From positions 1 to 36,511 of IMG/VR virus record IMGVR_UViG_3300045988_094451: 36,511 bases of DNA. One strand, given 5' to 3'. The position numbers and the translations under genes are program-made. The DNA is from a virus. This document shows, piece by piece, positions 8,886-15,204 of this stretch (position 1 is its first letter; every line of letters starts with the position of its first letter). The notes beneath the pieces are model-generated. The model had not been told where the DNA came from. It searched no databases and was given only the letters and a program-made list of their open reading frames with translations.

Positions 8886-9319
8886 GCTCCAAACTCCCCG
8901 TGTTCAATGCCTCCGTAGAGGTTTTCCACATTGCTTTCCACCGCCGGAAGGCTGTCTCTGAACTTTTTGAGCAATTCATCATATCTCTGCATGAAGAAGT
9001 TCGCCCTTGATGGATCTTCTTCCAGCAGCAAAAGCCCTGCCAGCAGATTTGGCAATGGACCATAGCAAATAGCGTCATCCAACGGCACCTCATCTGCCAT
9101 GGATGTCACCTTGGGGCAGATAGGCCGCCTGCCGGTCTTTACCGCCTCGCGATAGTTGTCGCTGTACAAAAAAGCCTCGTCAAGATTGTTATTCAGCAAA
9201 CTCACCGTCCGGAGGTTGTACTCCTTGGTGTCCGCCGTGTCCGTGGAACCGGTGGATTCGTTCTGGGAATCCATCAGGTGGATGGCGATGTCGAAAATCT
9301 GCTGTACCGTAACCGCCAT
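8876..9319 (-). CDS. Hypothetical late protein, possible head-tail joining protein (147 aa)
   Basis: GGGAGGTG RBS and coupling to the upstream stop. Located in the late block. No diagnostic motif. Confidence 0.6.
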   Translation of the reverse strand: MAVTVQQIFDIAIHLMDSQNESTGSTDTADTKEYNLRTVSLLNNNLDEAFLYSDNYREAVKTGRRPICPKVTSMADEVPLDDAICYGPLPNLLAGLLLLEEDPSRANFFMQRYDELLKKFRDSLPAVESNVENLYGGIEHGEFGAWW

Positions 9320-9320
9320 A

Positions 9321-9563
9321 TCACACCTCCCGCCCCTTGAGGCTGGCTTTCATGGTGTTCAGATCGTAGGTCATCAGGTTGTCAATGCCCTGCTCCACGC
9401 TTTTCTGCCGGTCCGTAGGCTCATCCGCCTCCGGATTTTCCGGTTCCGTGGGGGAGGGGGCTTTGATCTCCCGCAGCAGCCGCAGAATCAGCACCGCACA
9501 TACGGCGGCGACTATGCTGGCCGCGCCGCAGATCAGGGATAAAACCAAAATCAGGCCGTTCAC
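9321..9563 (-). CDS. Small membrane protein (80 aa, GTG start)
   Basis: GAGGAGG RBS 7 nt upstream of the GTG. One N-terminal TM helix LILVLSLICGAASIVAAVCAVLILRLL is followed by an acidic tail. Confidence 0.6.
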   Translation of the reverse strand: MNGLILVLSLICGAASIVAAVCAVLILRLLREIKAPSPTEPENPEADEPTDRQKSVEQGIDNLMTYDLNTMKASLKGREV

Positions 9564-9575
9564 CTTGCCGCCTCC

Positions 9576-10109
9576 TCACTTGAAGTCGCTTGCGTCCACG
9601 CCGTCCCCGAAGGTCACGTTCACGCTGATGTCCTGGCGGGTCTCCTGCTTGTCCTGATAGCCGCCCAGACGCTTCTGCTTGTTCAGGAAAATGCCTCGTG
9701 TCACCATGCCCTTTTCCTGGTAGATGGGGCTGGTGTCGATCTGCTCCTGAATCCGCTGGTAGGCCAGCCGCACGTAGTAGCTCATAACACAGCGGGGATC
9801 GTCGATTTCCTCGTTGCCCGCTTCAAAGGCTTCCACCTGCGCTTCGACCACCTCGGCCTCCCGGCCATCGTTGTAGTCGTAATACCCCTGAAGCCGCTGA
9901 ACCGTCCATCGCATCGCATTGGCAAGGCCCGCCTCGCTGTATGCCTGCTCCAGCCGGTCCTGCACGTCAAAATATTCCTCGGACTGCTTCAGGAACGCCT
10001 TAATCCTCTCGATCGTCTGTTTCTTGTGGGCCGCGGCGGCCTTCTTGTTCATGTTATCCATGTGCGCCTTGCGCTCTTCCGCACTGGGATTTTTCTTCTG
10101 ATAAGCCAT
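9576..10109 (-). CDS. Hypothetical first late-operon protein (177 aa); small-terminase candidate by position only
   Basis: The start was moved to ATG 10109 (GAGGGGG RBS) because the longer ORF to 10283 reads through the tRNA gene. The N-terminus is basic and the protein is helical. Confidence 0.6.
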   Translation of the reverse strand: MAYQKKNPSAEERKAHMDNMNKKAAAAHKKQTIERIKAFLKQSEEYFDVQDRLEQAYSEAGLANAMRWTVQRLQGYYDYNDGREAEVVEAQVEAFEAGNEEIDDPRCVMSYYVRLAYQRIQEQIDTSPIYQEKGMVTRGIFLNKQKRLGGYQDKQETRQDISVNVTFGDGVDASDFK

Positions 10110-10135
10110 GCCCCGGCCCCCTCTCACAAAAATTC

Positions 10136-10211
10136 TGGCGGTCCCGGCAGGGATCGAACCTGCGACCCAGCGGTTAACAACCGCTCGCTCTTCCGACTGA
10201 GCTACGAAACC
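10136..10211 (-). tRNA. tRNA-Asn (anticodon GTT), 76 nt with encoded CCA
   Basis: Manual cloverleaf: acceptor GGTTTCG/CGGGACC, D arm GCTC-AGTCGGAA-GAGC. Anticodon arm AGCGG-TTGTTAA-CCGCT, variable loop GGGTC. T arm GCAGG-TTCGATC-CCTGC, discriminator G, CCA. Confidence 0.9.
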
Positions 10212-10388
10212 ATGCTCCGGTGGGCTGTTCGGACCCACCGGGCAACAGGAAAGGAACTGAAGGTGAAAACTGGCGTCTGACATAGGAGGCAGGCGGGTTC
10301 TATCCCGCCAACTTCATTCAAGCATATTTCATCAAGTGGACACAATGGGTTTCAGTTATTTTCGTAATGTTCTACATAAAATCCCCCA

Positions 10389-10543
10389 CCCCCTTTTTCC
10401 GCCACCCCCCCAGAGGGAGTACCGGCATAGCTTCCCGCAGCTGATATGCCAGTGCAGAGAGGTCTGTGAAAGGGGGGAGGGGATGTGGGTATATAGCCCT
10501 ATACCCCGCGCGAGAGACACCCCCTGTTTTTCCGCTACCCCCC
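10389..10543 (+). repeat. Pair of C-tract direct repeats (10389-10411 and 10520-10543)
   Basis: CCCCCTTTTTCCGCCACCCCCCC versus CCCCCTGTTTTTCCGCTACCCCCC, 131 bp apart. Confidence 0.8.
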
Positions 10544-10890
10544 TAACCCCCTGCTCTCCGGTCTCTACCTCTGGCCCCCTGACCCCCAGCCGGTGAAGCC
10601 TCGGCCCGTCCTGATGGAATCAGCCCCCAGCCGGAGCCGACAACAGGAATTGCCGAACAGGAAGAGGAAATACACAGAATCGACACAGCAGCAGCCGAAA
10701 GCCAGCAGCCCCAACGGAAATATTTAATAGCCCCTTAAATCTCACCGGGAAAGAGTAATTGCGCCAATCTCGCAATAGCTCTGAATACCTCACAAATGCT
10801 CCGTTTTGCTCCCGTTTTTTCTCGTTCTCTCGCGTTTTTTATTCGCTGGATCTCCTTCTTTCGCTACTCTCTCGGTAGAGTATATATATA

Positions 10891-10936
10891 ACACCCCCGT
10901 AAGAAATATATATTTATCTCTCTGGGGTAGGGGGAA
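10891..10936 (+). repeat. Composite repeat element, copy A (partner at 20602..20657)
   Basis: ACACCCCC-TAAGAA, then an 18-nt identical core ATATATATTTATCTCTCT (10906-10923), then GGTAGGGGGAA. Same order and orientation as copy B. Confidence 0.85.
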
Positions 10937-11031
10937 TACGCCCCCATCTCTCACTCTCTTATTCTCCCCCCTATAATCCCCCCTCCTTCTCCCTCTCTCT
11001 CTGCCCCCGCTGCCGCTGCTGCCGCCCCCGC

Positions 11032-11073
11032 TCACAAAGAGAAAAGCGCCGGGGGTGGTGTACCCTCGACGCT
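11032..11073 (-). terminator. Rho-independent terminator after the RHH gene
   Basis: On the minus strand: AGCGTCGAGGG-TACACCA-CCCCCGGCGCT (11-bp stem, one mismatch and one G-U) followed by TTTTCTCTTTGTG. Confidence 0.7.
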
Positions 11074-11083
11074 CTGCCGCTCG

Positions 11084-11281
11084 TTACAGCTTATCCCGTA
11101 TTGCCTCAATGATCCAGGCGTTGACGCTCTGGCCTGCGGCGGCGGCTGCCGCTCTGATCTGGGCCTTGCTGGGGTCGGTTCCGATCCTCAGCTTGATAGT
11201 GACTTTCTCGTTATTCTCGCGCTCCCATTTGAGGGAGGCTTTCCGCTGGGCGTCGCTGGTCCTCAATGTCTTGTGCTCCAA
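11084..11281 (-). CDS. Ribbon-helix-helix (Arc/CopG-like) DNA-binding protein (65 aa from TTG 11281)
   Basis: AAGGAGG lies 8 nt upstream of the TTG. The longer ORF to 11350 has no RBS and would overlap the promoter. The sequence EKVTIKLRIG...AQIRAAAAAAGQSVNAWIIEAIRDKL has a typical beta-alpha-alpha RHH layout. Confidence 0.6.
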   Translation of the reverse strand: MEHKTLRTSDAQRKASLKWERENNEKVTIKLRIGTDPSKAQIRAAAAAAGQSVNAWIIEAIRDKL

Positions 11282-11306
11282 TGGTTGCACCTCCTTTTTG
11301 CGTCTT

Positions 11307-11335
11307 ATTATATCGCATAGGCGCGTATAAGTCAG
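11307..11335 (-). promoter_or_regulatory. Putative sigma-A promoter of the RHH gene
   Basis: On the minus strand: CTGACT, 17 nt, TATAAT. Confidence 0.45.
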
Positions 11336-11411
11336 CCTGACAACATGCACAAAAAAGTCCGCCTGATACTGTGCGAACTTGCCAAACCTGCACGAATTTG
11401 CAAAAACCCCC

Positions 11412-11441
11412 TTGACAGCTCATATCAGTCCGCCTTATAAT
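11412..11441 (+). promoter_or_regulatory. Near-consensus sigma-A promoter of the J-domain operon
   Basis: TTGACA (11412-11417), 18 nt, TATAAT (11436-11441), about 60 nt upstream of ATG 11502. Confidence 0.65.
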
Positions 11442-11501
11442 TCAGGCAACAACAGCAAACACGACAACGCCAAAGGCCGACAGGCCGGAAAGGATTACAA
11501 A

Positions 11502-12002
11502 ATGACTGCTTACTTTATCAACTGCAAGAACCTGGACGAACTGAAGAAGGCTTACAAAGCCGCCGCCATGCAGAACCACCCCGACATGGGCGGAGACACC
11601 GCCACCATGCAGGCCATCAACGCCGAGTATTCCGCCCGGTTTGAGGTCCTGAAGCGGTCCCAGAATGAGCAGGCCGCCGAGGACACCACCGGACGGACCC
11701 ACGCCACCACCGAGAGCGCAGGCGATTTTATCGCCATCATCGCGGCCCTGCTGAAGCTGGACGGCCTCGAGATTGAGTTATGCGGCCGCTGGCTCTGGAT
11801 CGGCGGCAACACCCGCGAACATAAGGAAGCCCTGAAGGCTGCTGGGTGCCGGTGGAGCAGCACGAAAAAGCTCTGGTCCTGGCATTTCGCCGAAGAGGGG
11901 ATGAAGTGGCACAAGGGCACAAAGACCATGGCAGAGATCCGCAGCAAGTACGGCAGCACCACCTTCGCCCGTTCCACCAATTCCGACGCGCTCCCGGCTT
12001 GA
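11502..12002 (+). CDS. J-domain (DnaJ-like) protein with C-terminal W-rich domain (166 aa)
   Basis: Start chosen at ATG 11502 (GGAAAGGA RBS). J-domain signature KKAYKAAAMQNHPDMGGD with the HPD tripeptide. C-terminal CGRWLWIGGNTREHKEALKAAGCRWSSTKKLWSWH. Confidence 0.8.
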   Translation: MTAYFINCKNLDELKKAYKAAAMQNHPDMGGDTATMQAINAEYSARFEVLKRSQNEQAAEDTTGRTHATTESAGDFIAIIAALLKLDGLEIELCGRWLWIGGNTREHKEALKAAGCRWSSTKKLWSWHFAEEGMKWHKGTKTMAEIRSKYGSTTFARSTNSDALPA

Positions 12003-12036
12003 CCGGGGCGCGCCACCCACTGAAAGGAGAATCGAC

Positions 12037-12288
12037 ATGAAGAAGTTGCACGTTTACACCGTCTACATGGATGACGGGGACGCATTCAAGGTCACCGTCC
12101 CGGCAGAGAGCGAAGCCGCCGCAAGAAAATACGTTGCCGGAAATGGTGACGTGATCGCCGTAAAAGATGCCCCCTTACAGGACATCGACACCGGATGCCT
12201 GGCCGACACCCTCCGCCGGGACGGATGGGGCCAGATGGAAATTGACGTAATCACCCGCACCCTTGCCACCGTTGGCCTTGAGCGATAA
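12037..12288 (+). CDS. Hypothetical protein (83 aa)
   Basis: AAAGGAG RBS; same operon as the J-domain gene. Confidence 0.65.
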   Translation: MKKLHVYTVYMDDGDAFKVTVPAESEAAARKYVAGNGDVIAVKDAPLQDIDTGCLADTLRRDGWGQMEIDVITRTLATVGLER

Positions 12289-12306
12289 TAGAAAGGAGCA
12301 TGAACC

Positions 12307-12672
12307 ATGAAAACAGCCGGATATTGGGCTTGCAGAAGCGAGCTCATCGCCGCCCACCTCGCCGCCCCGCACAGATATGAACCTTTTACGGAACTTTTCG
12401 ACGTGGACCAGCTCGACGCCATCCGTGACAAATACGGCGTTGACCTTTACCGCGAATGCTGCGCAGAAGCAGGCCACGAGATCATGGTAGTAGCCGACAC
12501 CGTAACATTCCTTCGAATGCTGGGCGTTGAGTGCAAGCCGGTATTCTCCCCGGATGACTGCCACGCGGATTTTATCGCCGTCTTTTCTCTTGGCAGATCA
12601 ACCGCCGAACGCATCAATCAGATCGCCCGCAGGAATGGCCTTTGCGTCCTGTTCCAGTGCCCCACCCACTAA
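12307..12672 (+). CDS. Hypothetical protein (121 aa)
   Basis: AAAGGAG lies 8 nt upstream of ATG 12307. Confidence 0.65.
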   Translation: MKTAGYWACRSELIAAHLAAPHRYEPFTELFDVDQLDAIRDKYGVDLYRECCAEAGHEIMVVADTVTFLRMLGVECKPVFSPDDCHADFIAVFSLGRSTAERINQIARRNGLCVLFQCPTH

Positions 12673-12715
12673 CCACCGCCCGCCCCGGAGGAACGAGGGC
12701 AGAAAGGACAACACT

Positions 12716-12934
12716 ATGACCACGACCGCAGCCCCCACAAGATACACGATCAACCACGACGGGACCCTTGAAAAATGGTATTTGGAATACGACGGCGGCG
12801 AGACCGTCTATCTCCGAAAGACCCCGCGCCCAAAATGGAACTGCGGCATGAAAGAATTTCCCGCCGCCGAGGTCTACGAAACATACCGCGCCGCAAGGAA
12901 GGCGCAGAAGGGAGCACCCCATGAGCTATCTTGA
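12716..12934 (+). CDS. Hypothetical protein (72 aa)
   Basis: Start moved to ATG 12716 (AGAAAGGA RBS). The upstream part of the ORF overlaps the previous gene. Confidence 0.55.
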   Translation: MTTTAAPTRYTINHDGTLEKWYLEYDGGETVYLRKTPRPKWNCGMKEFPAAEVYETYRAARKAQKGAPHELS

Positions 12935-13376
12935 TCTATTCCAGCGCTACGGCAACCCCAGCCGGGAAGCGGAAATACGGCTGACCGCCTATCTGCTGCG
13001 GCCCGACGTCCTGACCGCTGACCGCATCAAGGCCCACGATGACAGCGCCGCCCGGATGATTGCCCGGTGTAACGAGCTGATCGGCCAGCTGACCGAGTAC
13101 CGCGCAGCCCTGGCGGAGCGATACGCCGCCCTTGCCACTGCCGCCTACCGTGACCGGCTGGAGCTGACCCGTGACCCCGGTTACAGGGGCAAGCCGGTGA
13201 TCTACTTTGTGCGGATTGTCCGCACTTATGAGGACGGCACCACGGAGCGCGTTTTGGACGAGAAATATTTCGGCACGGAGCGCCGGAAAGCCTTTGCCCG
13301 GTTTGCGGAGCTGAAGCACCAGCGCCCCGGCATTGAGACCATGCAGGACACCGAGAAGCGCAGTTGGGAGCGTTGA
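12921..13376 (+). CDS. Hypothetical protein (151 aa)
   Basis: GAAGGGAG RBS and a 14-nt overlap with the previous gene. Helical N-terminal half. Confidence 0.65.
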   Translation: MSYLDLFQRYGNPSREAEIRLTAYLLRPDVLTADRIKAHDDSAARMIARCNELIGQLTEYRAALAERYAALATAAYRDRLELTRDPGYRGKPVIYFVRIVRTYEDGTTERVLDEKYFGTERRKAFARFAELKHQRPGIETMQDTEKRSWER

Positions 13377-13443
13377 CAATCAACGCAGCCCATGTTACCA
13401 TCAACTTACAGACCGGCCCCCGCCGGAGAAAGGACGAAGGATC

Positions 13444-13704
13444 ATGAAATATACTTACAAGTGCTTTGAAGATAATGCGGGCTGCCTGCACCTGGCGGTG
13501 CTGGATGATTCCGGGGCCTGTGTTTATTATCTGGCGGACCAAGACCGGGCGTTGATTTGTGAAACGCTGGACGCACTCCGCGCTGGTGGTGATCCGATTG
13601 CTGACGGATGGGAGGGCGGAGAACCGGACCCGGCTGCCTGCTATGTGTGGATCGTCGATGCTGTCAACCGCCGCAACGGTGGTGCGGAAGAGATCGAGCT
13701 TTAA
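13444..13704 (+). CDS. Hypothetical protein (86 aa)
   Basis: Start at ATG 13444 after GAAAGGACGAAGG. Last gene of the operon. Confidence 0.6.
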   Translation: MKYTYKCFEDNAGCLHLAVLDDSGACVYYLADQDRALICETLDALRAGGDPIADGWEGGEPDPAACYVWIVDAVNRRNGGAEEIEL

Positions 13705-13715
13705 CTGAAAAAGAA

Positions 13716-13750
13716 CAGCGGCCCGGAGCCATCCGAGCCGCTGATTTTTT
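13716..13750. terminator. Bidirectional rho-independent terminator
   Basis: 12-bp stem with one mismatch: CAGCGGCCCGGA, loop GCCA, TCCGAGCCGCTG. GATTTTTT follows on the plus strand and a T-rich run follows on the minus strand. Confidence 0.7.
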
Positions 13751-13767
13751 ATGCCGCTTTTGCCATG

Positions 13768-13788
13768 CTTCACAGTACCTTCACAGTA
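13768..13788 (+). repeat. Tandem pair of CTTCACAGTA motifs, 11-bp period (candidate integrase arm-type sites)
   Basis: CTTCACAGTAC CTTCACAGTAT. The same motif pair recurs at 13966-13986. Confidence 0.55.
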
Positions 13789-13965
13789 TAGCCAAAAATC
13801 CCCATGAAATCCTAATAAAGTGTTAACAGACGGTTATTTATTCACCCTCTGCACCACATTACACCAGTTTGCACAAAAGTCCATCAAACAACGCAGTTTC
13901 AACGCTTCCGGCGTTTTTTAGAATTGCGTTTTGATGTAACCTGATGTAGAAAAAATGAATAAAAA

Positions 13966-13986
13966 CTTCACAGTAACTTCACAGTT
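13966..13986 (+). repeat. Second tandem pair CTTCACAGTAA CTTCACAGTT (candidate arm-type sites), overlapping the int stop codon
   Basis: Same orientation and 11-bp period as 13768-13788. The two pairs are 198 bp apart and flank an AT-rich segment. Confidence 0.55.
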
Positions 13987-15073
13987 GCGAGACGGGTTTC
14001 TCGTCGAAATACGCCGTCAGCTTTTCGGCTGCCGTCTGCCTCCGGTCCTGTCTTAGGTGGGTGTAAACCGCCTCCACCACTTCCGGCGTATCGCCCAGCA
14101 GGCCAGCCGCCTGTCTGGGGTCCAGCCCCGCCTCGTAACAGATCGTCGCAAAGCTGTGCCGGAAGCAGTGCGGCGTGATGGGGAACGTCTCCACCGTCTC
14201 GCCGTTTTCGCCCTGCTGGATCTGATTCAGGCCCACGTCCCGGCAGTAGTGCCGCCACTCCCGCGTGATCTCGTAGGGCGTCATATAGCCCCCATCGCCA
14301 CCGGGGAACAGCAGCCCGATCCGGTTTTTCGGAAGCGCCTCCGCCAGAGGTGGCAGCAGGGGAATATCCCGCAGGCCGTTATCCGACTTCAGGTGATTTT
14401 CCAAAACCGGCTTGGTGGTTGCGTAGTTGACCTTTTTGTCGATGTGGATCACACCGGCTTTGCGGTCGATGTCCCGATACGTCAGCGCCAGCGCCTCACC
14501 ACGGCGGCATCCGGTGTAAAGTAGCAGATATCCGAACAGCCACCAGCGTGCCGTCTTAGCCTCGCCCGCCGCCCGGACGGCCTCCTCTTGCTCTTCCGTC
14601 AGCGCCTCCCGCTTTTTGCAGGGCAGGCCCCGGCTCTTCTTGATCTCCGCCGCCGGACTGATCCGAATATCGCCCTTGATGACGGCATGGGTGAAGATCA
14701 TCCGGCAGACGGCCAGCTCAATGCCGACGCTGTTTGCGCTTCGCCCTTGGGCTTCAAAACGCTTGATGTAGTTCCGCACGTCTACCGGCTCGATCTCTGA
14801 CGCCCGCCCCGGAAACGCCTCTTTGAGGCGCTTCACAGCGTAGCTGTATACCCGCCGGGATGATTCGGAGATATCGCTCTCGTGTTCCCGCTCCCACTCG
14901 TCCGCGATCACCGGGAAATTCCGGCCCTTCTCCGCCTCCAGCTTGTACTCTAAGATCTTGCGGTCTACCTCTCGATCTGTCTTGCCGCGAAAGGCTACCC
15001 GCTTGCCGTTGATGGTGCGGATCGCCTCGTGCAGGCCGTCCTTGCGGACGCCATATTTACTTTTCTTCGCCAT
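13979..15073 (-). CDS. int: Tyrosine integrase with N-terminal arm-binding-type domain (364 aa)
   Basis: Catalytic residues fall in TGCRRGEAL, HCFRHSFAT and VYTHL. The N-terminus KYGVRKDGLHEAIRTINGKRVAFRGKTDREV resembles AP2-like arm-DNA-binding domains. Confidence 0.9.
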   Translation of the reverse strand: MAKKSKYGVRKDGLHEAIRTINGKRVAFRGKTDREVDRKILEYKLEAEKGRNFPVIADEWEREHESDISESSRRVYSYAVKRLKEAFPGRASEIEPVDVRNYIKRFEAQGRSANSVGIELAVCRMIFTHAVIKGDIRISPAAEIKKSRGLPCKKREALTEEQEEAVRAAGEAKTARWWLFGYLLLYTGCRRGEALALTYRDIDRKAGVIHIDKKVNYATTKPVLENHLKSDNGLRDIPLLPPLAEALPKNRIGLLFPGGDGGYMTPYEITREWRHYCRDVGLNQIQQGENGETVETFPITPHCFRHSFATICYEAGLDPRQAAGLLGDTPEVVEAVYTHLRQDRRQTAAEKLTAYFDEKPVSQL

Positions 15074-15140
15074 TTTTTCCTTTCCTCCTGTTGCATCGCC
15101 AGGGGGATCGTGCTATACTGCTAAGTGATCCTCCTTTGGC

Positions 15141-15159
15141 TTTGTCGTGATTGCGATTG
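15141..15159 (-). repeat. 19-bp inverted-repeat partner of 17705..17723 (CAATCGCAATCACGACAAA read on the minus strand)
   Basis: An exact 19/19 reverse-complement match. Both copies are followed by (A/G)CC..AAAGGAGG. Confidence 0.9.
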
Positions 15160-15167
15160 GTGGGTTT

Positions 15168-15204
15168 GCCGTCTGAGTGTTCCAGCACTCAGGCGGCTTT
15201 TATT
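15168..15204 (+). terminator. Stem-loop with T-tract on the plus strand only
   Basis: GCCGTCTGAGTG-TTCCAG-CACTCAGGCGGC, then TTTTATT. It lies just 3' of the minus-strand HTH gene and could block antisense read-through. Confidence 0.4.

Larger units (their letters stand above)
10212..11031. other. About 820 nt of gene-free, compositionally skewed region (candidate structured RNA, late leader or origin)
   Basis: There is no credible ORF here. The region has C-run motifs, polypyrimidine tracts on the plus strand and several stems. It is bounded by the RHH terminator and the tRNA. Confidence 0.5.

Noticed and set aside
10136-10211. tRNA-Asn as the phage attachment site
   Set aside because: The tRNA is full length with an intact acceptor stem, and it lies 3.8 kb from the integrase. 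The arm-type repeats and the AT-rich segment next to int are a better attP candidate.
10110-10283. N-terminal extension of ORF 9576-10283 (235 aa)
   Set aside because: The extension is a translation of the tRNA-Asn gene (FVAQSEERAVVNRWVAGSIPAG is the classic tRNA read-through signature). ATG 10109 has its own RBS.
10380-10640. C-tract direct repeats as a mini-CRISPR array or retron msr/msd
   Set aside because: There are only two copies of each motif, with irregular spacing. They have no palindromic repeat structure. There are no cas genes and no reverse transcriptase anywhere in the genome.
10790-11035. 81-aa minus-strand ORF rich in Arg/Gly/Ser inside the non-coding region
   Set aside because: It starts inside the U-tract of the RHH terminator without an RBS. 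It uses AGA/AGG codons that the real genes avoid, and it is low-complexity. The plus-strand 86-aa Pro-rich ORF at 10336-10596 was rejected for the same kind of reasons.
11552-13773. Minus-strand ORFs 11552-12085, 12063-12431, 12175-12564, 12936-13379 and 13027-13773
   Set aside because: They are antisense to the RBS-coupled J-domain operon, with Arg/Pro/Ala-rich shadow composition. Some cross the terminator at 13716-13750.
15099-15140. Sigma-A promoter for int in the int upstream region
   Set aside because: Only a weak TATAGC with no suitably spaced -35 is present. It was left unannotated. The shared 19-mer leader is reported instead.
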